DNA from: a virus
Lineage: Duplodnaviria; Caudoviricetes
IMG/VR virus record: IMGVR_UViG_3300027740_000010
Span: 1-52,157 of that record
DNA length: 52,157 nt
Direction: 5' to 3' (one strand)
Part shown: piece by piece, positions 24,958 through 34,400 of the stretch
Layout of the letters: each line of letters starts with the position of its first letter
How positions within the stretch are numbered: the stretch's first letter is position 1
Translations under genes and position numbers: made by a program
Notes under the pieces: model-generated
What the model was told of the DNA's origin: nothing
Seen by the model: only the letters and a program-made list of their open reading frames with translations
The model's database searches: none

Positions 24958-25252
24958 TTTTGCCTCCATGCTTCTGTGTGCGTAGCTCGCGAAGCTCGTA
25001 ACGAATATCTTTTAGCGTGTCGTTAGTCGTTGTAAGTTGCTGTTCCTGTCGTGCAAGCCGCTCAGGGAGTCCTTTTAGCACACCTTGCTGATTCTCCAGC
25101 ACGGTCAGTCGTTGGTCGGCTTTAGCTGTATATGTGCCAACCCACCACACGATGGCGAACATCTGCATTACGATAACCCACATCAAACCCGTGTTTATTC
25201 GGTACGTGATCGTGGGTTCTTCCGGCTTGGCACCTGAAAGTCTGTTCGCCAT
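24950..25252 (-). CDS. Single-TM plus coiled-coil protein (holin/antiholin-like)
   Basis: TM LMWVIVMQMFAIVWWVG then coiled coil; immediately upstream of the endolysin. Confidence 0.6.
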   Translation of the reverse strand: MANRLSGAKPEEPTITYRINTGLMWVIVMQMFAIVWWVGTYTAKADQRLTVLENQQGVLKGLPERLARQEQQLTTTNDTLKDIRYELRELRTQKHGGKNE

Positions 25253-25310
25253 GATATTCGCCTTTCGTTATTCCGATGTTGTTTTTATTGCCGTGCTATG
25301 CCAATCAGTG

Positions 25311-27446
25311 TTATTTTTTAGAACTGTACCATACAGTATTTAGTTGTTGCAATGGTTTATTTATTGTGGTAGCCCGAACAGGTGAGTGCCACTCTAGCCC
25401 TCGTGGTTCCGCGTTCCACCAAGCTGTCCCTGTTGTGTCGTAACTACTTGACCCGGCTGCAAAAACAAGGCTTCCAGCTGGCACCTCGATGAGTGCTTCT
25501 CCAGAACTTGATTCTACAGGAACTCTACCTGTGATGGTGATTGCGCCTGCATCCACACCAATAACATAATCGTAGCGCAAGGTTACGATTTCACCTGACA
25601 GAGCAAGGCTACCAACGCTGGGGCTGAAGGCGTAGCCAAAACTTATGGTAGGCGAGTCACTTGCAGCAACAAGACTGCCTGCCCCCACTGGGATAATAAA
25701 CCCTTCGGTAGTTGAAGTGACAGGACTTAATCCGGCAGTGATGACATTGCCTGCATTTACAGGAATTACATAAGAAAAGCCCAAGAAAGGGCTTGCGCTG
25801 TCGATAGCGAGGTTTCCAGCTTCTGGTAATACAACCATATCAAGCTTGACGTTTGGTGCAGCCACAGCCATTGCCAGTGAGCCGTTTGGTGTCTGGAGAG
25901 TAGTGCCAAAACTAATATCTGGAGTTTGACCGCTAATCTCAAGTGACGCTGTACCAACTGCCAATGTGTATGAGATGTTAACGCTAGGGGCTAGACCTGT
26001 TAGTGTCAGTGCTCCAACGTCAGGACTAACCGCCTGTGTAGTCTGAATCGTAGGCGCGGCACCAGAGATGACAAGCGCTCCAGCGCTAGGTGCCAACGTG
26101 TAATCCACGTCAAGTGTTGAACTCGCACCAGTGAGCGTTAGTGCGCCCACATCAACACCAATAATTATGGCTTCTAGTAACGACGGGGCTAGACCGTTAA
26201 AGGTTAGGCTACTAGCAGGTGTAGCGATTGTGATGTGCTCAACAACAGAAACACTAGGTGCTAGTCCAGAGAGTATAAGCGCTCCTGCTGAGGTGGTTAT
26301 ATCCTTGTTATCAGTTGCTGCTAGTGAGGGAGCCAGTCCAGAAAGCGTCAGCGTACCATTTGCTGGAGTCGCTGTGATGTTTGTAGCTGTCGATACTGTT
26401 TCATTGATAAAGACACCGCCGACAAAAGCTTGCCGCGTACCCGTCTCGTTGACCAGCGTGGCACTGTTAATCCCTCCGACTGTAACCTCTCTAGTAGTGA
26501 TAGATGCAGGAGAACCAACAGCCACTGTAGGGGCTAACCCTGTCGCTGTTATAGTGCCTGAGGCTACTGCGATGCTGACGTTGTCGGACACAGCCACTGT
26601 AGGGGCTAACCCTGTCGCTGTTATAGTGCCTGAGGCTACTGCGATGCTGACGTTGTCGGACACAGCCACTGTAGGGGCTAACCCTGTCGCTGTTATAGTG
26701 CCTGAGGCTACTGCGATGCTGACGTTATCGGACACAGCCACTGTAGGGGCTAACCCTGTCGCTGTTATAGTGCCTGAGGCTACTGCGATGCTGACGTTGT
26801 CGGACACAGCTGATGTATCAAGCTCATAAGCAATAATCGCTATGGCACGGTTACCGGTTGTGCCCCAAGTCAATGTCGTGTCTGTTCTTCCTGAATTGAC
26901 ATAGCAAGCTTCTGTGCCTGAAGTTGGAGTCGAATGTCCTGCGTCAAATAACTCCGAGAATCCAGTGGGTGGAGAATATGCTGGAGAAGTCGCCTGTGTC
27001 GAGACAAATCCTCCAGCGGCGTTTGCTGTATTTATTGCAGCGTCTAGCGTTATTGTTGGTGTTGTTGTGATTGCATTTGAAACTATTTTTGTCTGTAATA
27101 TTGCAGCAGAACCCTTTTTAGCCATACCTGCTATCGCGTAAACGAGAATAATAGCTCCTGTAGCTGCATCCCCTGTGCAATCAAATGTCGCTGTCTGAGA
27201 AGTGTTTGCTGCAAAATCATCTGCAACAAACAAATAGCATTTATAGCCTGATGAGACATAAACTGCCGTTGTAACTAATGTGAATGTCAATCCAGCAGAA
27301 GTGGTAAATGAACCAGCAGCAGTGGTGTCAGAAGCATTAACAAAAGCAAGCAACAAGTCTCCTGCTGCTGGTGTAAAGGCAGAAGCACTATACGACGTTC
27401 CATCGGTGGTTGAATTTAACGATTGAGCTAAAGACGTGGTTGCCAT
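25311..27446 (-). CDS. Ser/Thr/Ala-rich virion fibre-like protein with ~24-aa repeats
   Basis: Repeated GxLxxxGLAP units; tail-module context. Confidence 0.7.
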   Translation of the reverse strand: MATTSLAQSLNSTTDGTSYSASAFTPAAGDLLLAFVNASDTTAAGSFTTSAGLTFTLVTTAVYVSSGYKCYLFVADDFAANTSQTATFDCTGDAATGAIILVYAIAGMAKKGSAAILQTKIVSNAITTTPTITLDAAINTANAAGGFVSTQATSPAYSPPTGFSELFDAGHSTPTSGTEACYVNSGRTDTTLTWGTTGNRAIAIIAYELDTSAVSDNVSIAVASGTITATGLAPTVAVSDNVSIAVASGTITATGLAPTVAVSDNVSIAVASGTITATGLAPTVAVSDNVSIAVASGTITATGLAPTVAVGSPASITTREVTVGGINSATLVNETGTRQAFVGGVFINETVSTATNITATPANGTLTLSGLAPSLAATDNKDITTSAGALILSGLAPSVSVVEHITIATPASSLTFNGLAPSLLEAIIIGVDVGALTLTGASSTLDVDYTLAPSAGALVISGAAPTIQTTQAVSPDVGALTLTGLAPSVNISYTLAVGTASLEISGQTPDISFGTTLQTPNGSLAMAVAAPNVKLDMVVLPEAGNLAIDSASPFLGFSYVIPVNAGNVITAGLSPVTSTTEGFIIPVGAGSLVAASDSPTISFGYAFSPSVGSLALSGEIVTLRYDYVIGVDAGAITITGRVPVESSSGEALIEVPAGSLVFAAGSSSYDTTGTAWWNAEPRGLEWHSPVRATTINKPLQQLNTVWYSSKK
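26518..26810. repeat. Four tandem 72-bp repeats (SDNVSIAVASGTITATGLAPTVAV)
   Basis: GCCACTGTAG recurs at 26521, 26593, 26665 and 26737; only one substitution seen. Confidence 0.92.
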
Positions 27447-27457
27447 GATTCGCTACC

Positions 27458-28984
27458 TTATGCCAGTGTTACTTTAGGGTCAATGTAAAAGGTCGATGAT
27501 ACTTTTGCAGCTTTAGGATACAAGTACATATACCCTGCTGCTTGAGGTTGAGGGCTTGTTGCAGTCACGGCAAGTTTAAATCGCATGCCTGCTCTAAAGA
27601 CTGCTGTGTTGTCTGTCACAGAACCTCCATCTACAGCTGAAGCGTAACCAGCTGGTTCTGAGCCTGCTGATGTTCCAGCTGTTGTACAGAAGAAAATACG
27701 CCCCGAATTAGAGGCTACCTTACGGACATCTCCTAGTGCATAGACTGTAGAGTTTGCACGCGCCGTTACAAGGCTATCCCATGCTTCAGTACTTGCCGTG
27801 AGCGCCGCACCTGTTGAAAGATTAGTGGCTTTTGAGCTTGTTTTAAACGTCGCTTGGGGACTAGAAGCGCTCCCCATGTAGCCCAAATCAAACCAAATAT
27901 CGTCATTGTTAGGCAGTGCCGCTGCATTCCACACACCCTCAAGCGTAGCGGTTACATCGCTAGCCGTGATGCCATTCCAAATAGCAATCGGAATGGCATC
28001 AAAAGGCATAATCCATTTATTAGCTGCTGAGGTAGTTATTTTATAAGCAACTGATGTCGTTCCGTCAGAAGCGCCTCCAGTTCTAACAACAACAGTTTCG
28101 CTTGTCTGTACTCCACATGACGTGTACCGTTCGTTGCGGTAGTTTGTGCCAGCGCTGTCTGAGTTTTGCACTGTTGTCCTAGGGTAGTGATACTGTGCGG
28201 ACGTAGCAGCGACAGTCACGGATGCACCTAACTTACAATTCTTTAGCGTGTAATCTCTAGTCACCGCGTGTGCTTCAACAATTGTTTTTCCTGCCCCCAT
28301 ATTAGATAGATCAACGCCCTCAAGTCGTGTGTACCCCCCACTTCCAGAAGTGCTGAAAAGGGCAGTCGGCGCTGACCCGCTAATAGCACCTCCCTTCCAA
28401 ATAACATCTCCACCAGCTATATTAACAAATTGACCGACCGCCCCAAATGACATGTTTGTATTTATAAGCTCTGTGCGGTTTGGTCTTACTGAAACAGATG
28501 ATGATGATGCATACCCTAGGGCTATATTACTTGAGGCAGAAGTACTTAGAATGTTCAAATTACAGCTCTCTAGTATAATGACCGCTAGTGTGCCTCCAAT
28601 ACTCAAAGCAACGGCACCAGCCCCCGTGCCAGAGTTGAAGTTTATCCCATATACGTAGGTAGACCCAACCGATGCACTCGTGCCGTTAAGCGTAATTGAG
28701 AATGTGCCTGTTGTTGTAATCGAAGCGGTTGTTCTCAAGTCAGCCGCAACTGGAGGAACTGAGCCTGTGTGATCTACGCAGTAAACATAGCAAGGAGATG
28801 TAGATGTACCGGGAGAACTTATGGTTTTTGCAGAAGCGGCTGTTTCAGCATGGTCAGCTGCCACATAGAAAATATCGCCTGCCGCCTTACCAGAAAGTGC
28901 GGTCACCAACGTGGTATAGGCATCTGTCCAGCTTGTTCCATTGGCTGCGCCAGTGGCAGCGCTTCTAACATAGTAACTTGCCAT
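27458..28984 (-). CDS. Putative tail spike/fibre protein
   Basis: YYVRSAATGAANGTSWTDA N-terminus; beta-helix-like body; ARANSTVYALGD...CTTAGTS carbohydrate-binding-like motif. Confidence 0.65.
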   Translation of the reverse strand: MASYYVRSAATGAANGTSWTDAYTTLVTALSGKAAGDIFYVAADHAETAASAKTISSPGTSTSPCYVYCVDHTGSVPPVAADLRTTASITTTGTFSITLNGTSASVGSTYVYGINFNSGTGAGAVALSIGGTLAVIILESCNLNILSTSASSNIALGYASSSSVSVRPNRTELINTNMSFGAVGQFVNIAGGDVIWKGGAISGSAPTALFSTSGSGGYTRLEGVDLSNMGAGKTIVEAHAVTRDYTLKNCKLGASVTVAATSAQYHYPRTTVQNSDSAGTNYRNERYTSCGVQTSETVVVRTGGASDGTTSVAYKITTSAANKWIMPFDAIPIAIWNGITASDVTATLEGVWNAAALPNNDDIWFDLGYMGSASSPQATFKTSSKATNLSTGAALTASTEAWDSLVTARANSTVYALGDVRKVASNSGRIFFCTTAGTSAGSEPAGYASAVDGGSVTDNTAVFRAGMRFKLAVTATSPQPQAAGYMYLYPKAAKVSSTFYIDPKVTLA

Positions 28985-28985
28985 T

Positions 28986-29231
28986 TTAAACTCCTAGATG
29001 TGCAAAAAGGAGCGCACGGCTCCTTAAAATGGATGTACCACTCCCACGGGTTGATTTTTGTCGTCCAGTAAATGTATACAGCGATTGCACCTTCGAGAGC
29101 ATAGAGGCAGCTACCAAAGGCTCACAAAGGTGCGGCACTTCAATCATGGCGATCTGCGCAGGCAGCGCAACCCCTTCAGCTTTTGAGACTGAGAGTGTTG
29201 CGCTAGGCACTGAAATGCAGACGTTTGCCAC
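28986..29231 (-). CDS. Hypothetical protein
   Basis: Packed in the operon between virion genes. Confidence 0.45.
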   Translation of the reverse strand: MANVCISVPSATLSVSKAEGVALPAQIAMIEVPHLCEPLVAASMLSKVQSLYTFTGRQKSTRGSGTSILRSRALLFAHLGV

Positions 29232-29233
29232 GA

Positions 29234-29668
29234 TTACACCAATGTGAACAAACCGCTCGCGTTAATTTGCACAGTTAGCGTGTTTGCAGATGTCAGTGTA
29301 AACTGTGCTGTTGTCAGACGTGACCAGCAAATTGCCTGACCAGCTGAGTTCTTAATCACAGCAAACTTAATGTCTGCAATATTGCCACCTGTCGCAGTCC
29401 ACACAGGGTCAGCGCAGTCTAACTTGTACTGCTTGGCAGACGCACCCACTGTCCATACTACTGACGCTAGAGTTGCCCCGCCTGTAGTATAGCCGCTTCC
29501 CGATGCAACTTCACCTGTCACTGAAGCTGCGGTAGATAGTGTGAATGTCGAAGCGTTAGATGCGGATGTGTGTAGCTGCATCTTCAGCGTGTTAACGCCA
29601 AGCTGAATCGTGCCGTTTCCGATTTTCTTTTTAGCTAAATTGTATATACTCCAAGCGGTAGCTGCCAT
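29234..29668 (-). CDS. Virion structural protein
   Basis: AGGAG RBS; EVASGSGYTTGG..L; DCADPVWTA. Confidence 0.75.
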   Translation of the reverse strand: MAATAWSIYNLAKKKIGNGTIQLGVNTLKMQLHTSASNASTFTLSTAASVTGEVASGSGYTTGGATLASVVWTVGASAKQYKLDCADPVWTATGGNIADIKFAVIKNSAGQAICWSRLTTAQFTLTSANTLTVQINASGLFTLV

Positions 29669-29679
29669 GATATTTCTCC

Positions 29680-31152
29680 TTAACTTGCTTCAGGGGGTAC
29701 TTCGTTAATGAACGCTGAGGCACCTTCTTTGATTATACTACTAATCAGTCCGGTACCTGCAACATCTAATTCTACTTCATCACCAATTACATGAATCAAA
29801 TCCATGAACTCCTGAGCTTGACTAGCCTGCCAAGAGGTACATGAAAATACTTCACTGCCACAAGTGACCTTGACCAGACGAGCTGGATTGGAGTCACCGT
29901 CGTTCTCTTCTTGTGTGTATGCATGATGCTTATCGCCTTGCATACAGCTGTCGAAACCATAAATCTCAAACTTGTAATATCCTAGCATGCGTAACAGAGG
30001 CAAGGCGCGTAGCATCACGGTTGACCCGCCAATTGACGGATACCATGCTTCGCCTTTTGCACTGTAGTGCTCATCTAATTCTTTTGATACTTCAGGCTCA
30101 ATTGCGCTGTGCCACAACAGTGTCTGCTCTGGAGGCAGTGCGTCAAACACCGCTGGATGACACTGCGACGCGATCATGTACTTACACCCTGATACCAGCG
30201 GTGCCACGAAGCGCTTGTTGTGCTCTTGGGCATCCACAATGATTTGAGCTGACGGAAACAGTCCGTTCTCAATCGCCCAGTTGTACGCGCCGTTAACTGT
30301 TACCAGCACTGTACCTGCTAGGCGCTTGGCGATAATCTCGTCTTTGAACTCATCAAGACTTGGACCACCTGCAAGAACCATGACAGTCGTGTCTTGCTTG
30401 TCGTAAGGGCGTAGTGTCATCAATTCACGTTTAATACTGGAGCGAATGTTGTCACGTATAAGCTCGTTGCCTACGTTAATCACCCCGTTCTTAACCAGCT
30501 CAGAGGCATCGTTCCACGCACTCACGTAGAACATTGCGGTACTTCCGTCATCGGAACTCCAGTGAACAACGGCACCTAACGCTACGAATTTGTTCAACCA
30601 CCACTGATACGGCTGTACGGTTAAGTGTAGCTTCTCACCAATGTGTGCGCCAAAGTGATCGTCTACCAGACATATTTGAAAGAACACATGCTGTGCTGCC
30701 TTCATCACGTTAATCAGTGTAGCGTCTACATCAGCAGGTGGGATGTGTTCCATCACGTCTGTACAGTACCCATATTTGGCATTAACTGGGATACTACGTC
30801 GCAAATCTGCTTGTACAAAGTTCAATCGTGTGTGCTGTGTACGCAGAGCACTACGCACATCGTCGTCCAAACAGTTTACTGCGAAGTCCACCATTGTTAC
30901 CTTGGCACGTCCAAACAGTGCGAGCATCAACGCCCCGCGCCCTGTACCTGTACCAAAATCAATAACTTCATCGTCAGGCTGAATATTCGCCTGCTTTAAA
31001 AATATCTGCGCTACTTTTTCTCCGGGGGAGTAGTTGCGATACCACTTGATCTTCCACATCTTTTCGTACTTAAGTTGCTCATAGTCTGGCTGTACTGGCT
31101 GTACCAGCACTGTTGGTGCGTGTCCCCCTACCGCTGCTTTTACTGTACTCAT
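29680..31152 (-). CDS. SAM-dependent methyltransferase fused to a DUF115/Maf-like (glycosyltransferase-like) domain
   Basis: VIDFGTGTGRG; CTDVMEHIP; then VLAGGPSL..VTVNGAY..IIVD; GGSTV..LGYYKFEIYGFDSC. Confidence 0.8.
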   Translation of the reverse strand: MSTVKAAVGGHAPTVLVQPVQPDYEQLKYEKMWKIKWYRNYSPGEKVAQIFLKQANIQPDDEVIDFGTGTGRGALMLALFGRAKVTMVDFAVNCLDDDVRSALRTQHTRLNFVQADLRRSIPVNAKYGYCTDVMEHIPPADVDATLINVMKAAQHVFFQICLVDDHFGAHIGEKLHLTVQPYQWWLNKFVALGAVVHWSSDDGSTAMFYVSAWNDASELVKNGVINVGNELIRDNIRSSIKRELMTLRPYDKQDTTVMVLAGGPSLDEFKDEIIAKRLAGTVLVTVNGAYNWAIENGLFPSAQIIVDAQEHNKRFVAPLVSGCKYMIASQCHPAVFDALPPEQTLLWHSAIEPEVSKELDEHYSAKGEAWYPSIGGSTVMLRALPLLRMLGYYKFEIYGFDSCMQGDKHHAYTQEENDGDSNPARLVKVTCGSEVFSCTSWQASQAQEFMDLIHVIGDEVELDVAGTGLISSIIKEGASAFINEVPPEAS

Positions 31153-31161
31153 TTGCTTCTC

Positions 31162-31443
31162 CTAAGTGTTTTCAATTTTCAGGTAGCCCTCAGCTTCAAG
31201 GGTATTCCCTGCACTTGTAACGACTACGAAGGTTACTTTGTAGAGTACATCCACTGTACCCCCACTGATACGAGCCTGTGCGCTTCTAGTGCCCACGACA
31301 GGTGTTCCAATCGTCAGCCCGGAAATGTTAGCTGTAACAGACGAAATAGAGTCAATCGTCTCTGAAGCAGCCAAATTAGCACTAAAGTCCATCGTGTAAA
31401 GTCTGGACTCACTAGGCTGTTTTACAAGGGTATCAATGCTCAT
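31162..31443 (-). CDS. Small virion adaptor-like protein
   Basis: KQPSESRLYTMDFSANL...ISGG...YKVT..TSAG. Confidence 0.7.
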   Translation of the reverse strand: MSIDTLVKQPSESRLYTMDFSANLAASETIDSISSVTANISGLTIGTPVVGTRSAQARISGGTVDVLYKVTFVVVTSAGNTLEAEGYLKIENT

Positions 31444-31482
31444 TTTTCACCTCTCATAGAAGCTTTAGTATATACCACACAA

Positions 31483-34400
31483 CTATTCATTTAGCAAGTC
31501 CTCTACAGCTTCGCCACGCCACGCTTTTTTGATTTTCATAAACTCACGCTGCCCGGCTGGCATGTTACGAGTCATCAGCTCACGTCTAAGCGACGCCGGA
31601 TTTATTTTGTAGGGGTATGACGGGTTCTCTTCGTTCCATTGCCGTACTGTCTCAAAGCTATTGCGTACTTCGTCGTAGTCACCCTTTTGAATCGCGTCAG
31701 CTACGTGGTCAAACATCGTGGCTGTTGTCTCTCTCACATAAGCAAGTTCTTGGTTAACAGTGTAGTTCTTGCCTGACTGCCAGTTACTGCGTGACAGTGT
31801 AAATCCTGCACCTAAAAGTCCTAGCTCTGACATCGTTAAGTCGTCGGCAAGGATATTACCGTTCTTGTCTACCAGTCTGTTATCAGTAACACCATCCGTG
31901 AATCGAACGATGCCTCGAACTGCTGTAGGTGCCGCCGCTGCGAGCGCTTCTTTCGTGTTGCCCTGTACCAGCTGACCTGCACCTACCGTAAGTCCTTTTA
32001 GCTCGGCACCAATAACACCACTCAAGTCCAGCATTCCATCAGCGAGCGAGTAGCCTGCCACACCAAGTCTGGAGGCTGGAATGATGTTGCTCAGCGACAC
32101 GCGAGAGCCAATGCTTGCGCCTGTCAGTACGTCTAATGGACCAGTCATTGCCAAGCGAGATAGATCTGTGCCTATAATTGCTTCAGAGGCGGTTTTGAAG
32201 TAGTTATGCAGTACACGGTTCGTGTTAAGAGGTACGCCAAACAGTTTTTGTCCGATGGTGTCTAGGATGTCTACAAGGTCTTCTTTGAACGGAATGCCGT
32301 TAACCCCACTCATCAAGAGCATCGTACCTAGCATAATGGTGCGCTGCTTGGCTGGTAAACGAGATAGTAGTTCGATGGTCATGATTGGGAATGCGCGGAA
32401 GGTCATCAGTGCAAAACCGACAGGGTTCTGTGCGATACCCATGCGGTTAATCGGACCGTAAATGAACTGTGTCTGGTCAACTGCTCTACGTGCGAACTGA
32501 TACGCCTCTTCGGCACCAAGTATTTTACCGTCCATCTTATTGGTCTGTGCGATGTCATACGCTGTCAGAAATGACGTGACGCGGTTTGTCATTTCTGACA
32601 CGCGAAACGGAGCCATCCATGCGGCTTGGGCACGTTGCCCTAACACTGTACCAATCTGCACTCCGTGCTTGGCAGCTGCAAAATACTCGAACACCTGTGT
32701 ATCTGACACAACCTCTTCGCGGAATGCGCGCAATAACGCTGTCGCTTGGTCACGAGACAAGCCATCCGGTAACTTGCCTTCAGGGGTCAGTGCCTGTTCT
32801 AACTCTGCCGTGTTGTTTTTGAAAATCGTGTTACGCAACAACGGGTTTGACAGTGAATATCCGAACCAGTGCATTGTTTTAGTGTACGCTGACATGCCAC
32901 CGTACTGGTGCATGTAGGGCATAAAATTAAGGGGTAGGGATGACATGTTGACCACCATCGCTGACAAGGAGCCTCCCAAGAAGTTAATCGCTGCGAAACG
33001 GCGTAAGTTGGCAAACGCCTCACTCTTAGGGTTGTTCAAAAACTCTACGTGCTGTGCGATCTTGTCATGGTAGAACCCTGCTTGTGGGTCAGGCGTCGAT
33101 AACTGGTCAAACCGCGCTATCTCAGCACCTACCAGTGTGCTGTTACGTGCCAACAAGTCGTAATACTCCGCCACCTCTTGTGGGCTGTTAATGTCCACAC
33201 TGGTACGCCATGCCAAGAAGCCGTTTGACTCCAGCTCTCGCATTGTATTAAACCGTGACAACATACCAACTTCGTCTGCAAGCGAGCCTCCAACCTCACT
33301 CACTTGGTCATGTATCGCGTCCCGTACTTGTTGCTCACTTTTACCTTCAACCCACTGGAACTCGCCTTGCAACAAAGCTAATGTACTCACCTCTTCAGGA
33401 GACAGTGGACGTGTAATGTTCATCGCCTGAGAAATACGTGGAGCCATGCGGTCTGAAGCTACTTTATTTGATATGTGCGTAATGAACTCCGACATTGACC
33501 GAACAATGTCTTTCGTGCCGCCCGGAATGTTCTTGCGCCGCTGTATACGGTTTTGGTACATAGAGTCAGCGTTAATCATTAACTTGGCTAGGCGTTGCTG
33601 CTCGGTTGCGCTGACTGGTACGTTAGCCCTTTTAGCTATTTCTAGGAACTGGCGAAAGCTCACAGTTGAATATGAATACTGACTTGATTTGGCTTTAGGG
33701 ATGTACTGCGGTCTGTCATTTGTAAAGTCACTATCAAGCTTAACGGTAGGTGTGTCTCTGTACTGCTCTTTGACATCCCGTATAAAGTCGCGCGCTTCAG
33801 CTTCGGACTGAAAGTACCACTTACCCATCAATCCCAAGTCTCCGGTAGGAAACCCTGATGTAGTGCGTTGTGCCGTGTCGTACATCGCTACAGAGTAGTC
33901 TCCATACCGACGAATAGGTGTATAGCCCGTATCTTTACGATGATCGCTAACCGCCTTGGCTTCTAATATCCACGCATTGAACTCTACGTCATCCAGAATT
34001 ACGCTACGCATGTCTTCGGCGTTCTGCATAAACTGTGCCTCTAGTACGTGGTCAATCGCCTGACGCGCCTCGTCAACACGCTGGAACCATGACTGTGACG
34101 CGGCCATATCGCCGTATTTGGCAATGGTTCCAGCGTGTTGCAAAAACTCTGCGCGTGGCAGCCCTGACACGTTCCACTCCTGTAAAAACGCTTCGGCTCT
34201 GCGAAGGTCTTGGAACGTTGTATTTTCAATCCCTGTAGCGAACTGAAGTACACGCGCACTCGTCACATCCATGCCTTTTACCCATGATTGCTCTAGCGGT
34301 GCAAACGCCTTGTTCAAGATATAACCTGCGTTTGCTGGAATTTGACGTACTCGGTCCCATGTCAACGAAAACCCCTTGCTCTTAGATGCAAGGTGTAATG

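Noticed and set aside
26518-26810. CRISPR array or DGR template/variable repeat
   Set aside because: Contiguous in-frame coding repeats without spacers; no reverse transcriptase or adenine-specific variation.
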